A stretch of DNA of 64,000 bases. Origin: Octopus vulgaris (lineage: Eukaryota). Where the stretch lies: positions 18,290,001-18,354,000 of the forward strand of contig OX597819.1 of NCBI GenBank assembly GCA_951406725.2, written 5' to 3'. Numbering within the stretch: position 1 is the first letter of the stretch; the number at the start of each line of letters is the position of its first letter. The translations under genes and the position numbers were made by a program. Below are positions 1-14,679 of the stretch, piece by piece. The notes beneath the pieces were generated by a model, which did no database searches, was not told where the DNA came from, and worked only from the letters and a program-made list of their open reading frames with translations.

Positions 1-1210
1 GTTGCGACTGTTGCGGTAGTGGTATGGATCTTTCTGGCGTAGTCTTAATAATGTTTGATGTTAGAGGTGAGAGTGGTGCCAGTACTATTACTAGTGATTG
101 TTTCCGTAGCGGTGGTAGAGGTGATTTCAGCAGCCAGTGTGGTGATGATTATGATGATGATGATGATGATGATGATAGTGGTAGTGGTGATGTTATTATC
201 GAAATGGTTGTTGTTGCGGTAGTAGTTTGGCTGTTACTGATTTCAACGTGCTGGTTGCTGAGGCGATGGTGGTGGTGGTGGTGACGGTGCTGTGGGATAT
301 GGTAGCGCTGATGGTGGTGGAGACAGTGGTGTGTTGATGGTGCTGGTGGTGGTGCTGGTGCTGTTCTGGTCGTTATAGAAGAAAGTTATTTTAATTTAAT
401 TACTGCTCTTATTGATTATTTTAATTAATGTTGATAGAATTGTTGATTGGAGGAAAACTATGTTGTTACGATGTATCTGTTGGTGATTGTGATTTGGGTG
501 GTGGCGATGGTGGTGGTGGTGGTAGTGGTGGTGGTGGTGGCAGTGATGGTAGTGATGGTGCTGGTGGTGATTGTGATGTTGTTGATGGTGGCGACGGTGA
601 AGATGGTGATGGTGATGGTGCTAGGATGATGGTGATGGGATGAGGCTTGGGCTAACCGTCATAGTGGCGGGGTAGTTTTATTTGTCATGAGATTGATACC
701 CGCTGTTGATGTGCTTCAGGTGTGGTGGTGATGGTAGTAGATCTGAGTGTCATTTTAGTGTCGGTGGCCATGGTTTTGTTGGTGATAGTAGTGATAGTTA
801 TTTGTGCGCTGGTGACAACAGTTTTAGTGGTAGTGCTTGTGGTGTTGTGCTTGTTGTAGTTGTTGCTGTGTTTGCACAAGTAGTGATGTTTCGTAGAAAA
901 CATGTTGTGGCTGTGATGCTGGTTGTACAGTTCATGGTTTGGGATATAGTTGTCGTTGTGGTTCGGGTGAATGTCGGGTGCAGTAGAGGTTGCTGGATCT
1001 ATAACTCTGGTTATCGCAATGTGATTGTGGCTGCAGTGGTCTTGGTTGTACTGGTCGTGCTAGTGCTTGCTATAATGGCAAACTGTAATCTGCAGTAATG
1101 TCATGGTGATAGTGACCCTGGAGAGCGTTGACCATTGTGATGATGAGAGGTAACACTGGTTGTCTTATTCATAGTTGTGGTATAGGTGAAAGTAGTGGTG
1201 GTGATGGTAT
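1..1210. repeat. Degenerate GGT/GAT/GTT trinucleotide low-complexity tract
   Basis: Continuous ggt/gat/gtt-rich sequence; its ORFs are poly-V/G/D artefacts. Confidence 0.85.
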
Positions 1211-1477
1211 ATGTTTATGAGTTACTATATATGTTGTTTAGTACAACATCAATCTTTAAGATGCTAGCCTATGATCGAAATCGTTTCATATACGTGCATC
1301 CCGTCTTGTGTGTATTTAAGAATACGTTATTCGATAATTCCTCCTCTGAAAATATAGAATTAGATTTAAAGGAGATTCTGCTGCTAATTCAAGCACACCA
1401 AGCAACCGCCTACAGAATCACTGGGTGGTCCGTAGTTGATTTGTTTTGTTTATTATCTTATTTGAGTTAGTCAACGA

Positions 1478-1660
1478 GTTGATAGAATGCTTAGCTGCAT
1501 TTCGTCCGTCTTACATTCAGAGCTCAAATTCTGCCGAGAACGAATTTACAGCTCAACTTTTCTATGTTGATAAATAATGTACCAAATAAGAACCTTGGAT
1601 AGACCTAATCAATTTTCGACTCACCTCAAAATTTACTGGGCCCATATCAAGATTTGAAAC
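1478..1660 (+). mobile_element. Old, degenerate copy of SINE family C
   Basis: gctcaaattctgccgag...tgataaataatgtacca resembles the younger copies at 10263 and 44233. Confidence 0.55.
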
Positions 1661-2347
1661 CATTATTGTATTTAAGCAGTCTCAGATAAAACCCTAATTT
1701 ATCAAATTTATGATCAACGGCATCTCATTCCCCCCTGGAACATCAAGTCATTTTTCTTATGTTCTGAGCGCCAAAAGGGTTTATCTAACGGACCATGATT
1801 TTTTAGAACATTTGATTCGAATGAAAAGAGACAGTTATTTCAATCATGTAGATCGATAGTTTGAGGCTCACAATGTACCTCGTGTTAAACGTGTAGCTGG
1901 TAGTCGTAAAGTCTATCATCATAATTATGGAGGAACAGAATGTTATAAAAAATATTTTAAAATCTGGCAGAAATTTTGCGCTTGAAGAATACGTATCGGA
2001 TAGAATGTCTAAAAGTCGAACGAATACAAGTTCCTACGAGAGTAAAAAAAAAAAAAAAAAGGTGCACGTTTAGCTAATTACTACAAATTAAATTCCCAAT
2101 AGAACAACATGCTCCAAACGTTACAAGAATGTATTTCGGGATTAAAAAATAAAAGAAAGAGAACGAAGCAGCTTTGCATTTCCTGATTTTCTATTTTTCA
2201 CTTTGTGTTCACAGTTAAATTTTATAGATTTCTTCTCAGTTTGGTTATCTAAAACAAGAAAAGTTATACATATATTCGCATGTAAGTACGTGTGTATATA
2301 CGTATGCTTGCTTGTATGCATGTATGCATTCATTATTGTTATTGTTG

Positions 2348-2412
<65 letters not shown>

Positions 2413-2887
2413 GCCATTGTTATCATTATTATTAAGAAGCGGTTACTATGGTATGTCTTACAAAATCTAATCTTACATATATGCTGTGTTCATAATAATA
2501 TGCAAGCAAAGAGCTTCGGTTTTCGGTTAAATATAATAAATAAGTATATGCATGGGAATTAGTAAGACATGGAAAAAGTTTGTTAAGAAAGAAAATTTCA
2601 TAAAACAACGGAGACGAGATTAACGGAATGTTGTCAGTTTTCATTACTGCGAGACGAGTTTGCGAGAACCGTAATGTATGTTTGTTCAAATTACCCAACA
2701 CATGATACTCGTTGTCATTGTATTCCACTATAATACGTACGAACACATCTATCTTAATGATTGCATATACACAAGTGCGCATATACAAACGTACAACACA
2801 ATATACATGCAACTGTGTATGTGTGTGCATGTTAGAGAGTGTTTGTGTGTATGTTTGTATTATGCGTGTTATATATATATGTAGGAG

Positions 2888-3465
2888 GAGAATTTACAAA
2901 AAAACAAAAGACGAAGACAGGTGCTGTAGACAACAAGGAGATGTATTAGTTTAACGTTTCGGGAAGTGAAAAAGTATTTAACGTTTCGAGCCTACGCTCT
3001 TCCATAGAAAGGAACACAGAAAGAAACAAGGAGAGAAAATAGTGGATGTATAGTAGCTAACGATCTATCATGGCGAATGCTGGGCAGAGGGGTCACACAG
3101 GAGAGCTAGAGAGAAGGGGGAGATAATAAAGAAGTGGTGATCCCAATGAAGGTGCACGTGCATGTGGATAAGAGAGCATGCATGTGCGTGTGGAAGAGGG
3201 CTGTTGACCTTGACGTAGGCATGTGTGTATGTGTAGGTGTGAAGATGTGGGGCCGGTGTATGCGTGGCGGTGTGATGTATATAAATATATATATATATAT
3301 ATATAAAATGATTGACCACTAATTCACAATTATTTTTTCATTCTCTCTCTTTTTATTTCCTCGTTTTCCTTTCTGTTGAAGGGCGTAGGCTCGAAAAATA
3401 AATGATCTCCTCACTTGCTTGTTCTTTATACACCTGTTTTCGTCTTTTGTTTTCTGTAAATTTCA
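2888..3465. mobile_element. Two oppositely oriented copies of a Penelope-like terminal segment carrying a hammerhead-like motif
   Basis: 2888-3040 is approximately the reverse complement of 3340-3465. Both contain G(A/G)GCGTAGGCTC-GAAA (stem II-like hairpin + GAAA). Confidence 0.55.
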
Positions 3466-3477
3466 GTTATGTATGTA

Positions 3478-3745
<268 letters not shown>

Positions 3746-4059
3746 GTCTCTCACACGATATTTGCCTAAACCCAGCCATACACTTAAAGGAACTGAGATG
3801 ACAGACCCTTAATATCCTTCCGCAACACATCCAATCTAAATCGCCCCCCGCCACCATACAATTTCGCCTATACATATGTTTCCTTTCCTGTTTTTAGCTC
3901 CATTCCCTCGCCTTAAACTTAATGTAACCTAAATTTCCCTCCATCGGTCTCATACTATCTCTATCCCCCTTTTATTTACTTTCCCTTGGTAAAGGAAATA
4001 ACAAAACAACTTTCTTTTTATTTTTTGCTTTCTTTCTTGTCTACAGTTTACAAATACAT

Positions 4060-4302
4060 TATTTGTTTATGGAAGACGAGCAGACGCCCATGCATAACGG
4101 CCTCCCCTCTCCACGCCACCTATGTCATCCAAGGAAAAGGCAAAGGCAGATACAGCATGGTAGCAGTGACGTCGCAACCCCAGTGAACTTGAGCAACGTG
4201 AAATAAAGGGTTTTGCTCAAGAACAGATCACGCAGCCCGGTCCGGGATTCGAACTCCCAATCTCACGGTCGTAAGTTCGAATTTCTAGCCATTGCGCCAT
4301 GA
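4060..4302 (-). mobile_element. tRNA-derived CORE-type SINE (tail variant 1)
   Basis: Minus strand reads tggcgcaatggctag...gggagttcgaatcccgg...gttcttgagcaaaaccctttatttcacgttgctc, sharing head and core with 32093. Confidence 0.75.
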
Positions 4303-4375
<73 letters not shown>

Positions 4376-4523
4376 CATATATATATACATATATACATAC
4401 ATATATTTATATATAAATATATATATACATATATACATATATATATATATATTATATATATATATACATATATACATATATATACATATATATATATATA
4501 TATACTTATATATAAATATATAT

Positions 4524-4624
<101 letters not shown>

Positions 4625-5351
4625 GTAAATCCCTCCTCGACAAACTGCTGTCAAGCAGAAAATAAAAATCTTGGAGTAACAATGACAAAATAGGTGAAAA
4701 AGTGCTTATAAAAACATAGAGATATGGAAAACAAACACGGGAGGATGGTATTGTTTGTAATAGAATTAGAAAAAATTATTTTTATGGTATTCAAGGCGAA
4801 AGGGCAGAGGTTCAAGTTCAAAGGAATGCAAACCATTTGAGAAAAAGATACATCGAGGATAATAACAGATTAACGGAAAAACCGATGGATTTTATGTAGA
4901 ATGTGTCTGAAGTAACAATACCGGAGAAAAGTGACACTCCCGTTCGTGGTAAAACTAGAAAGAGGAAATTTTCAGAGCCTTTAATGGTTGACCCAAAGAG
5001 GGAAAAGTATTGAAATCCGTTCGGAGTTGATTTTTTTTCTAAAGGGGAAATGTGTCGGAAAATTAAAATGATATTAATAAATATAAATGTGTACACCCTT
5101 ATTCTCTTAGAAGTGTATAGCTTAACAGGGGAGATATTGTGAAGTGAAATGGCACCCCCGAACATGATTGTGAGTGGATTAGACGAGTCTTATAAACAGA
5201 TGACAGTTGAGATCGAACTGTGAGAGCGTTTGTCTCATCATTGATTGGGTGTTGAAGCATTGGGTTGTTATTGTGCGAACGGTTATAAGATAATCAGGTC
5301 TTGCTACATTGCTTATTGTTATACAGTTACATTTAGTACTGTGGTATACGG

Positions 5352-5391
<40 letters not shown>

Positions 5392-5409
5392 CGTATATCG
5401 ACACAGAAG

Positions 5410-5472
<63 letters not shown>

Positions 5473-6430
5473 TGTTCTCTTCTGTTTTAAATTATTTAAA
5501 TTCATTATGTTGGGAAGGAACTGGTTTGTAACAAAGACGCAAAAGTCTGTCGTTGGAATTTCGATAACAAAATCAATGTCACATTTTGAATTCGAGAAAC
5601 GTCTTACATATTTCTGCTGTCCATCTTGCAGATTGTTTTCGTAAAGTGTTCGTTCGTTTGTTGATTTCGTTTTTTTGAAAACCCGAGTTTCACTAGATTG
5701 TCACTTAGGCGTTTACTCACAAAATCAACAGCACCGTGAATTTAGATATGGATATAGAAACTGGTTGTTTCAAAGTAGTTGTCCATAATTATCCTTTTTC
5801 ACTTTCATATTCAGAAAAATATTCACATCAGCAGAATAGTTGGCCGCTATGACGGTATATACTTTCTGTTGCCTGTCTGAAACAACAATATTCCACCTGA
5901 TATATTTCCGCTTAACAGATATGTTGATGGGAATGATCTAACAATATGCATTGTGTCGTTTTTTTTCTTTTTTGTGTGTCTGTCTTCAATAACAAACCGT
6001 TCATTATATTTATTCCAGAACAGCCCCTTTTCCGAATGGCATTATGTATGGTTTTTATGACAAAGTTGTATCGCATAGAGAGGCAATTATTTTCATAAAA
6101 TATTTCGGATGCTGCTAATCACATGTGTTAGGTCTTCCACGGAAAAAGGACATGATCTACATTTTCGATTGCATTTAGAAACTCCAAGGCCTCCACCCTC
6201 TCAGAGTTTCGGGTATTACATTTATTCCTCGGAATAAAGCAGACACCAAGATCTATTACTTAAAATACAAGACAGGTTTTCGGCCCACTTGAAAATATAA
6301 TTTCAAGTGAGAAAATTCACGTTCATACAAATTCAGGAGTATTGCTTGTAGCTGACACATTCTCACTTATATGATATGTGCATAGTTACGTGTTTGTGTT
6401 TATATGTGAATGTGCGTATATGTATACTCA

Positions 6431-6818
6431 TTTACTTGTTTCAGTCATTTGACTGCGGCCGTGCTGGAGCACCGCCTTTTAGTCGAGTAAATCGACCCCA
6501 GGACTTATTCTTTGCAAGCCTAGTACTTATTCTATCAGTCTCTTTTGTTGAACCGCTAAGTTACGAGGACGTAAACACACCGCAATCGGTTGTCAAGCAA
6601 TGGTGAGGGCACAAACACAGACACACAAACATATACACTCATACATATATATATACATATATATATACATATATATACATATATATACATATATATACAT
6701 ATATACGACGGGCTTCTTCCAGTTTCCGTCTACGAAATCCACTCACAAGGCTTTGGGCGGCCCGAGGCTATAGTAGAAGACACTTGCCCAAGATGCCACG
6801 CAGTGGGAATGAATCCGG
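6431..6818 (-). mobile_element. SINE family A (5'-truncated)
   Basis: Matches copies at 17391, 53602 and 55435, including the internal (CA/TA)n. Confidence 0.9.
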
Positions 6819-6837
6819 TATACGTCTATTGATTTCA

Positions 6838-7036
6838 TATTTTGGCAGAAAGCCGGCAATTCCGGGGTCGGCTTAAGTCTATGACGTTGAGTCCCGTGCT
6901 CGAATGGTACTTAATTTATCGACCCCTAATGTGATGAAAAGCAAACTCGACCTCGGAGGAATTGAACTCTGCACTTAAAGAAGAAAGAAATGACACTAAA
7001 CACTTTGTCCGACGCACTAAAGATTCTGCCAGCTCA
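6838..7036 (-). mobile_element. SINE family C, diverged
   Basis: ggtacttaatttatcgacccc...gacctcggaggaattgaactc...ttctgccagctc. Confidence 0.75.
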
Positions 7037-7411
7037 CAGCTGTTACTTACACATTTATAAACAAATTTAAGACGGCTGCGGCAGTATAGATATCATTACA
7101 GATTTTCAAATCAAATCAAAATTCATGATCGAAAATTGTAGTTTTTCTGCCCATTGAAGATTTAGATTCAGTTTAGATTACAGAAACGTTGTAAACATTT
7201 TATGACCAAACACAACAACGGTTCTTACACTACGTTTATGGAGCCGTGAATTTTAGTCAAAATCTGTACAACTTTAAAATACTGAGAATTAAAGTTTTAT
7301 GTAAGCATGGTAGATCGATATAACAGAAATGAATTGTTTAGTTACTGAATACATACATATACACACACATGTATGTGTGCATCGATGCGTGTGTGCATTT
7401 GCATGCATGTG

Positions 7412-7450
<39 letters not shown>

Positions 7451-7555
7451 CATCAAGCTGTACTCTCTTCTGTATTTTTGTGATGCTGACCTATAACAGA
7501 GCTGAACTGCACGCCTTATTATGGCAGGGCAGCAAAGTGTAATGAATGAACGAAT

Positions 7556-7666
<111 letters not shown>

Positions 7667-7683
7667 CACAGAAAGTGAGAGGG

Positions 7684-7786
<103 letters not shown>

Positions 7787-7842
7787 TGAGACAGAGAAAG
7801 GTTTTGCGCCTCCGGTTATTTAGCCTGACGAGTATCTATACG

Positions 7843-7874
<32 letters not shown>

Positions 7875-7878
<4 letters not shown>

Positions 7879-9501
7879 TGCGGCCAAAATGGTCAGAACG
7901 GCATTGTTTTCGTCAGAAAAGTAGGTATAATTTTTTATCAAAGTTGTTTTATATTCTATAATTTTCACAGACAATAAATACGATACTATTTGTTATTGTC
8001 TGAGATTTTAGTGTAATTTGAGACGATAATAAAACAGCTATTGATGATTTAGTGAATTATTGCAAAACACATGGCGGCCAAAATGATCAGAACGGTTGCT
8101 TTTACTCCGCGTTTTAGTATATTTAACCGGCGAACTCTAATGTTTTGAATTTGTTTACGTGACGGTTCGTTTATTAAACATTAGTAAGAATATCTGCAGT
8201 GTACTTTGTTAATATAATGCCACTTACTCCGTTACCAATTCGTCAGCAGATTATTAAGCTTCGAAAGAAGGATAATTTAAGTATTGGGTCTATTGCAAAG
8301 ATTGTTAACAAGTCAAACAAGTGTTGTTCACGGTATTTTTAAGGTCTACAATGATTGTGGTTCGTGTGAAGCTAGAAAGTCTACAGGTAGGCGAAGAAAA
8401 ACTACCAAGAGAGAAGATCGTGCTATGGTAAAGTTGGTTAAAAAGGACAGATTTAAAACTGCTGCTGCTGTTTCTCGGGAAATGAGCATTTTACTTAAGA
8501 AAACTTTATCTCGAAAAACTGTCACGTCGTTTAGTTGAAAATGACCTACAAGCAAGAGCACCTGCAGTGAAGCCACTGATCAGCTCCAAGAGTAAAAAGT
8601 GTTGTCTTATCTTTGCAACCGAACATGTGTTGTGGTCTCAAGAAAAATGACAAACGGTGCATTTCAGTGATGAAACTAAGTTTATGTTATTTGGCTCAGA
8701 TGGGAAAAGGTACGTTCGTCGAAAAGTAGGTGAAAACTTTTCGCCTAAATGCCTTAAGACTAGTGTTAAATTCGGTGGAGGAAGTGTCATGGTTTGGCGG
8801 ATGATACCTGGAGATGGTGTAGGCCCTTTGGTGCGATTACATGGAAAGGTAATTGCAGGAGTTTATAAACAACTTGTAAAAGATCATGTCTTGCCTGTGC
8901 TGAGAAATTCAAACAAGCGACCACCCATATTCATGCAGGCAATGCCCCATGTCACAAGGCTAAGGTGGTCATGAACTTCCTCAAGGCTGAAAACGTTATT
9001 GTTATGGATCGGCCTGCTGAAAGCCCAGATCTCAAACCTATTGAAATTGTATGGAATATGCTAGGAGAACGTTCGAAAGCCAGAAATCCTAAAACAACAG
9101 AGCAATTATGGGATGCCCTTCAGGAAGAATGGAATAAGATCACTCAGCAAGAAATTGAAAATTTAATTTCCTCATGCAGTCGAAGATGCCAAAGTATGAT
9201 TGAAGCTAAAGGGCATCACACTAAATGTTAAATTATTCCAATATTCTCTGTCATTTTTGATTATTTTGTTATTTTTTCAACCGTTCTGATCATTTTGGCC
9301 GCTATGAGTTTTGCAGTAGATCCCTAAATCATCCATAACTTTTTTATTCTCCTCTTAAATTACACCAAAAATTTACACAATAACAAATAATATTGTATTT
9401 ATTGTCTGTGAAAATTATAGAATATAAAACAACTTTGATAAAAACTTATATCTACTTTTCTGACGAAAACAATACCGTTCTGAACATTTTGGCCGCAACT
9501 G
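7875..9501 (+). mobile_element. Full-length Tc1-family DNA transposon with long IR/DR terminal inverted repeats, inserted in (TA)n
   Basis: ~225 bp TIRs (7875-8097 and 9278-9501) beginning CA(A/G)TTGCGGCCAAAATG. Each TIR has an inner and an outer copy of GCGGCCAAAATGNTCAGAACGG. TA on both flanks; internal transposase. Confidence 0.96.
8217..9231 (+). pseudogene. Tc1 (DD34E-type) transposase pseudogene with frameshifts and stops
   Basis: MPLTPLPIRQQIIKL (paired-like HTH start), GRRRKTT-REDR, FSDETKF, KFGGGSVMVW, frameshifted FMQ(D)NAPCH, SPDLKPIEIVW and C-terminal AKGHHTK, split over several frames. Confidence 0.93.
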
Positions 9502-10262
9502 TATATATATAATCAGTGTGCATGTATTTCTGTACGTGTTGTGTATCGATTTGTTATTGCATTAGATACTCCACTGAAAGTAGCCAAATAGCCTTTTGGG
9601 ACTTGTGGAATTAATCTGACATGCTAATCTCTATCTGTCTCTATAAAGAGAGATCAATAACTACAATTTCAGCTTATATTTCTGCTTGGAAAACTCATAT
9701 TTATGCTTCTAGGACTTAAGTATACAACAGTGACAAAAGAAAAACAGACTAATTTTTGTGTGACATATTTTGTTGATGTTGAACACTAGGTCAATGTTGA
9801 TCATATCAAATGATGATAAAAAGACATCTCTACTCTAAACATTTACTAGGCAAAAAGAAAAGAAAAGAAAGAAAGAAAGGAAGGAAGGAAGGAAGGAAGA
9901 AAACTGAACGGGCTTCTATTTCTATTATGGATGAAAAACCAGGCTGTGGCACCTCCGTTTTTTCCAAATTCTTGAATATTTTGTTGCAGTGCAAGACTGA
10001 GTATTGATGTCATCGTTGAACAATGATTCTACAGAGAAGCAGGTATCTCAAGGAGCCGACGGGTGCGCCACTACATGGATTTCCGACTTTGAAACGGCAG
10101 CCAAATATTTCTTAAATCACAATTTGGTATCTAAAAAATAAAACGTTTTCCTGAATGACGTGACTTCGAAATAATTATTGGGTCTCAAAAGGAAACGAGG
10201 TTGGTTCATGAAAGAAGCAGAGGAAGCCATATTCGAGCCTTGCCCAGTGATATTAAACATTT

Positions 10263-10662
10263 GAGGCGAGCTGGCAGAAACGTTAGCACGCCGGGCGAAA
10301 GCTTAGAGTTATTTCGTTTGTCTTTACGTTCTGAGTTCAAATTCCGCCGAGGTCGACTTTGCCTTTCATCCTTTCGTGGTCGATTAAATAAGAACCAGTT
10401 ACGCACTGGGGTCGATATAATCGACTTAATCCGTTTGTCTGTCCTTGTTTGTCCTCTTTATATTTAGCCCCTTGTGGGTAGTAAAGAAATAGGTATTTCG
10501 TCTGCTGCTAAGCTCCGCCGAGGTCGACTTTGCCTTTCATCCTCTCGTGGTCGATAAAATATGTACCAGTTACGCACAGGGTGCGATATAATCGACTTAA
10601 CCCGTTTGTCTGTCCTTGTTTGTCCTCTCCGTGTGTAGCCCCTTGTGGGTAGTAAAGAAATA
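10263..10662 (+). mobile_element. SINE family C (tRNA head + Nin/Deu-like central domain), partial dimer
   Basis: ggcgagctggcaga...gagttcaaattcc (B box)...gcctttcatcctttcgtggtcgat...accag; the 3' half is repeated at 10492-10662. Confidence 0.9.
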
Positions 10663-11175
10663 GATATTAAACATTTGAACGAACTGAAATAAATCCACCT
10701 CTGTACGAAACATCTCGTAATTTCTCTTTTCGTCCGCTTGCATTGATTGTGAATGGTTTCACTTAAAGCTAATTTTAAACTGAAACAAGCGCAGGAATTT
10801 ATAAAAACTGGAAAATAATGCAACAACTTAAAATATAAATATAAAAAAAAACTTTAAAAAATCAAATAAAGAGTGTAAACATTATGTTAGACACTAAATG
10901 AATAGTAAAAGCAGACTTGTAGATGTGTAGGCAATTTTGTCCCCTTCCATTATCTTATTCACTTTGGTTAGATATATATTGGCATAAAGTGCTTTGTGGG
11001 TTCCCAGCGTACTTGCCACTCGCAAATGTATTGTTAGTGTCTGAAATTACATTTTAAGTTTTGAACATGAATTCAAAACAAACAATGGAAAGAAACATAA
11101 ATATCGAAACTAACAAAATATAATGTTCGTCTTTAGTCGTGTATACATATATATATATATATATATAAAGCATAT

Positions 11176-11485
<310 letters not shown>

Positions 11486-12146
11486 GATATATATATACAC
11501 ACACACGCGCGCGCACGCAAACAAACCGACACACACGCGCGCACGCAAGCAAACCGACACACACATATACACGCACAAAGACTTTTGTCTGCATAGCTTT
11601 ATACAGCTTCATTTATATATCTATCGAAGTCACTATCGATTACTTAGGCAAATTCTTTATTTATATATTTCTGCTTATTTATCTATTCAGCTGTGTATTC
11701 ATTATTTATGTTACTCTGAAATCCCAGGAGTGAATATGAAAAGAATTGTTCATATAAAAGGCATATAATTTCAGTTGTATCACTCATAGAATTGTTGTTT
11801 GCGGTGTTTTAATTCTTACAATATGCTCAAAGCAAATATACCATTTATAGAATATGGAAATACAGCAGTAAAGAAATAGCGTTCACGGTTGTTATAGTCT
11901 ATTAGACTGAAATCTTTACTGAAATAAAAGTAGAAGGAAAAACATTGAACAACGAACGAAGGAACGATGAGAGTTATGAATATATTGAAGATGGAATCTT
12001 ATTTATACGTTAACAAACACACTCAGTAAACCGTAAAGACACATGCAGACTTTTATGCATACACACTGGTGCGTGTGCACACACATGCACACAAGCTTGC
12101 ATACATGTACACACTTACGCTCATATATACATAAGGATATATATAC

Positions 12147-12177
<31 letters not shown>

Positions 12178-12200
12178 AATATACATACATACATATATAC

Positions 12201-12244
<44 letters not shown>

Positions 12245-12266
12245 GCATATACATACATCTATGTGT

Positions 12267-12320
<54 letters not shown>

Positions 12321-12959
12321 CCCAAATGTACGTATGCATATCCACATATCTACACACACGTACACGCACATATATACGAATAAGTTATAACTATGCATGA
12401 CCATAAATGCATACACACACACACACACACACGCATACATATATATATATATGTGTGTGTGTGTTCTTGTGTGTATCTACGCATGTTTCAATGGATGTAT
12501 GCATGCATTTATGCATTACGTTTTCCATGTATATCTGCGTTTACATATCGGTATGGTTATCTGTGTATTTATGTTCGTATTCATTACAATAGCATACAAT
12601 AAATTATACCATAATAATATAATAATTTTGTTGATGATATCTACAACTCCCAGTACAATACCATATAATACTCGATACGATATATTTTATTAAAATTTCG
12701 TATATTAAAAGAAACAGTTATATTTGGCCTGAGCATTTTGTAAACATGTATGTTTGCATCAAAACACAGGGTCTCCCATGGTACTGAGTTGCACCTGGAT
12801 ATAGATCGTTGTTTTTCAATTACCAACAAACATTAGGCTTACAGTATATCTGCTAAGTACGTCTGAGTTACCTCTATTTTCTTTTTTACATCACTACCAA
12901 TTCCCGTTGATGTTTTAATTTATTAACTCTAAGAAATAATCGACGAGCTGAGGCTCAAA

Positions 12960-13110
12960 CGTTGTCGAACGGTTAAGAATCACTCGTTTTAATCACCTTG
13001 TTTCGGGTTAGAAACCATTGCATGGCACTTTGGAAAGAGCCTTCTGCTCTAGCCCTGAGCTGACCGATAATTTGTGAGTGGATTTGGTTGATGGAAACTG
13101 TAAGAAAGCC
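12960..13110 (+). mobile_element. Degenerate 5' part of SINE family A
   Basis: catggcactttggaaagagccttctgctctagccc...gtgagtggatttggttgatggaaactg. Confidence 0.6.
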
Positions 13111-13119
13111 TCCACTTAT

Positions 13120-13484
<365 letters not shown>

Positions 13485-14679
13485 GACGATCCGGTCGAGT
13501 TGCTCGGGGTCTGGTTCGGTCCGGACATCCAAATGGAGAAGAACTGGAACGAGATAACAAGTAGGGTGGTCACTCTCCCAGGCAATTGGCCGAGAGGAAA
13601 CTGTCCCTGAAAGGTCGGGCGGAGGTGGCGAACTCGTACATCGCGTCCGTCAGCTACTACCGCTTGACCGTCTTGCCTTGTCCCGACCCTACCATCACCA
13701 AACTAGAACGCATTCGCTTTCACTTCTTGTGGAAAGGATGCGTCCCGATGGTCAGGCGATCCATTTGCTGTCAACACCAGTTAAAAGGAGGACTGGGCAT
13801 GCCGTGGTTGATGATGCGCAGACACGCTCTGAGTCTGCGACACCTCAGGCTCTACGTAGACGACGGTGAACAGGTGTGGTCGCCGTTTGTGAGGCAGGCT
13901 TTCCCGCAACTCGTCTCCATGATCGAACTGCAGTCGTGGATCAAAAAAAGGCCGAGAAAGGGCGAACGTCACCGCGAGTGTCACGTTGCTCTCAAGCAAC
14001 TATGCCGTCCCGGGTCGACCTTGAGTGACTTCAACACAACCAAAGCATTCTATAGGGGATTAGTGGAGGGGAGGTACGACGACGAGCTCTTGGCGAACCT
14101 GGACGTTGACGAGAAATACCTGACCCACCTCTTCAGGACATATTTCGGGCCAGGGCCTATGGACAACTTCCAGAGATCCCTGGCCTGGCAGTGCTACCGA
14201 GAAGCGCTACCCGTTCGGGATAAACTCTACAGACACGGCTCGAGAAACACGGGGCCGACCTGCCCGAGATGCGGTCAGAGCGACGAAACCGTTCTGCACG
14301 CACTCGTGCAGTGTCCAACAATTTCCGACCTGTGGGCCTCTGTCGAACAACTGCTGTCACGTGAGGGACGAGTCGGTTTATCAGCCGAGTCTATCGTCCA
14401 TATTGTCCCGCCTCCTTCCTTCAAACGAGAAGAAAGAGCTATTTTCATCATCCCTGTGGCTATGGCGAAAGAATGTATCTGGTGTACGCGTCTGAAAGGA
14501 TTGGAGCTAAACACTTTCCTCTCTGGTCAATCTCTCATTAACTTCTTCAAGTATCACTTGAAAAGTAAAGTGAGAGTAGAGAGGCAAGTTTTGTCTAGCA
14601 AATGTTTTAAAAAAGATGGGTGAATGTAGCGAGGATGGCACGTATGAATGATGAAGCCACATTGAGCATAATCCTATGA
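13485..14679 (+). pseudogene. C-terminal part of Tx1-like ORF2 (post-RT region + zf-RVT CCHC zinc knuckle)
   Basis: VELLGVWFG...NW, LSLKGRAEVANS, FLWKG...KGGLG and CPRCGQSDETVLHALVQC. Frameshifts near 13580 and 14615; the true end (KRWV...IL*) is inferred from copy 2. Confidence 0.88.
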
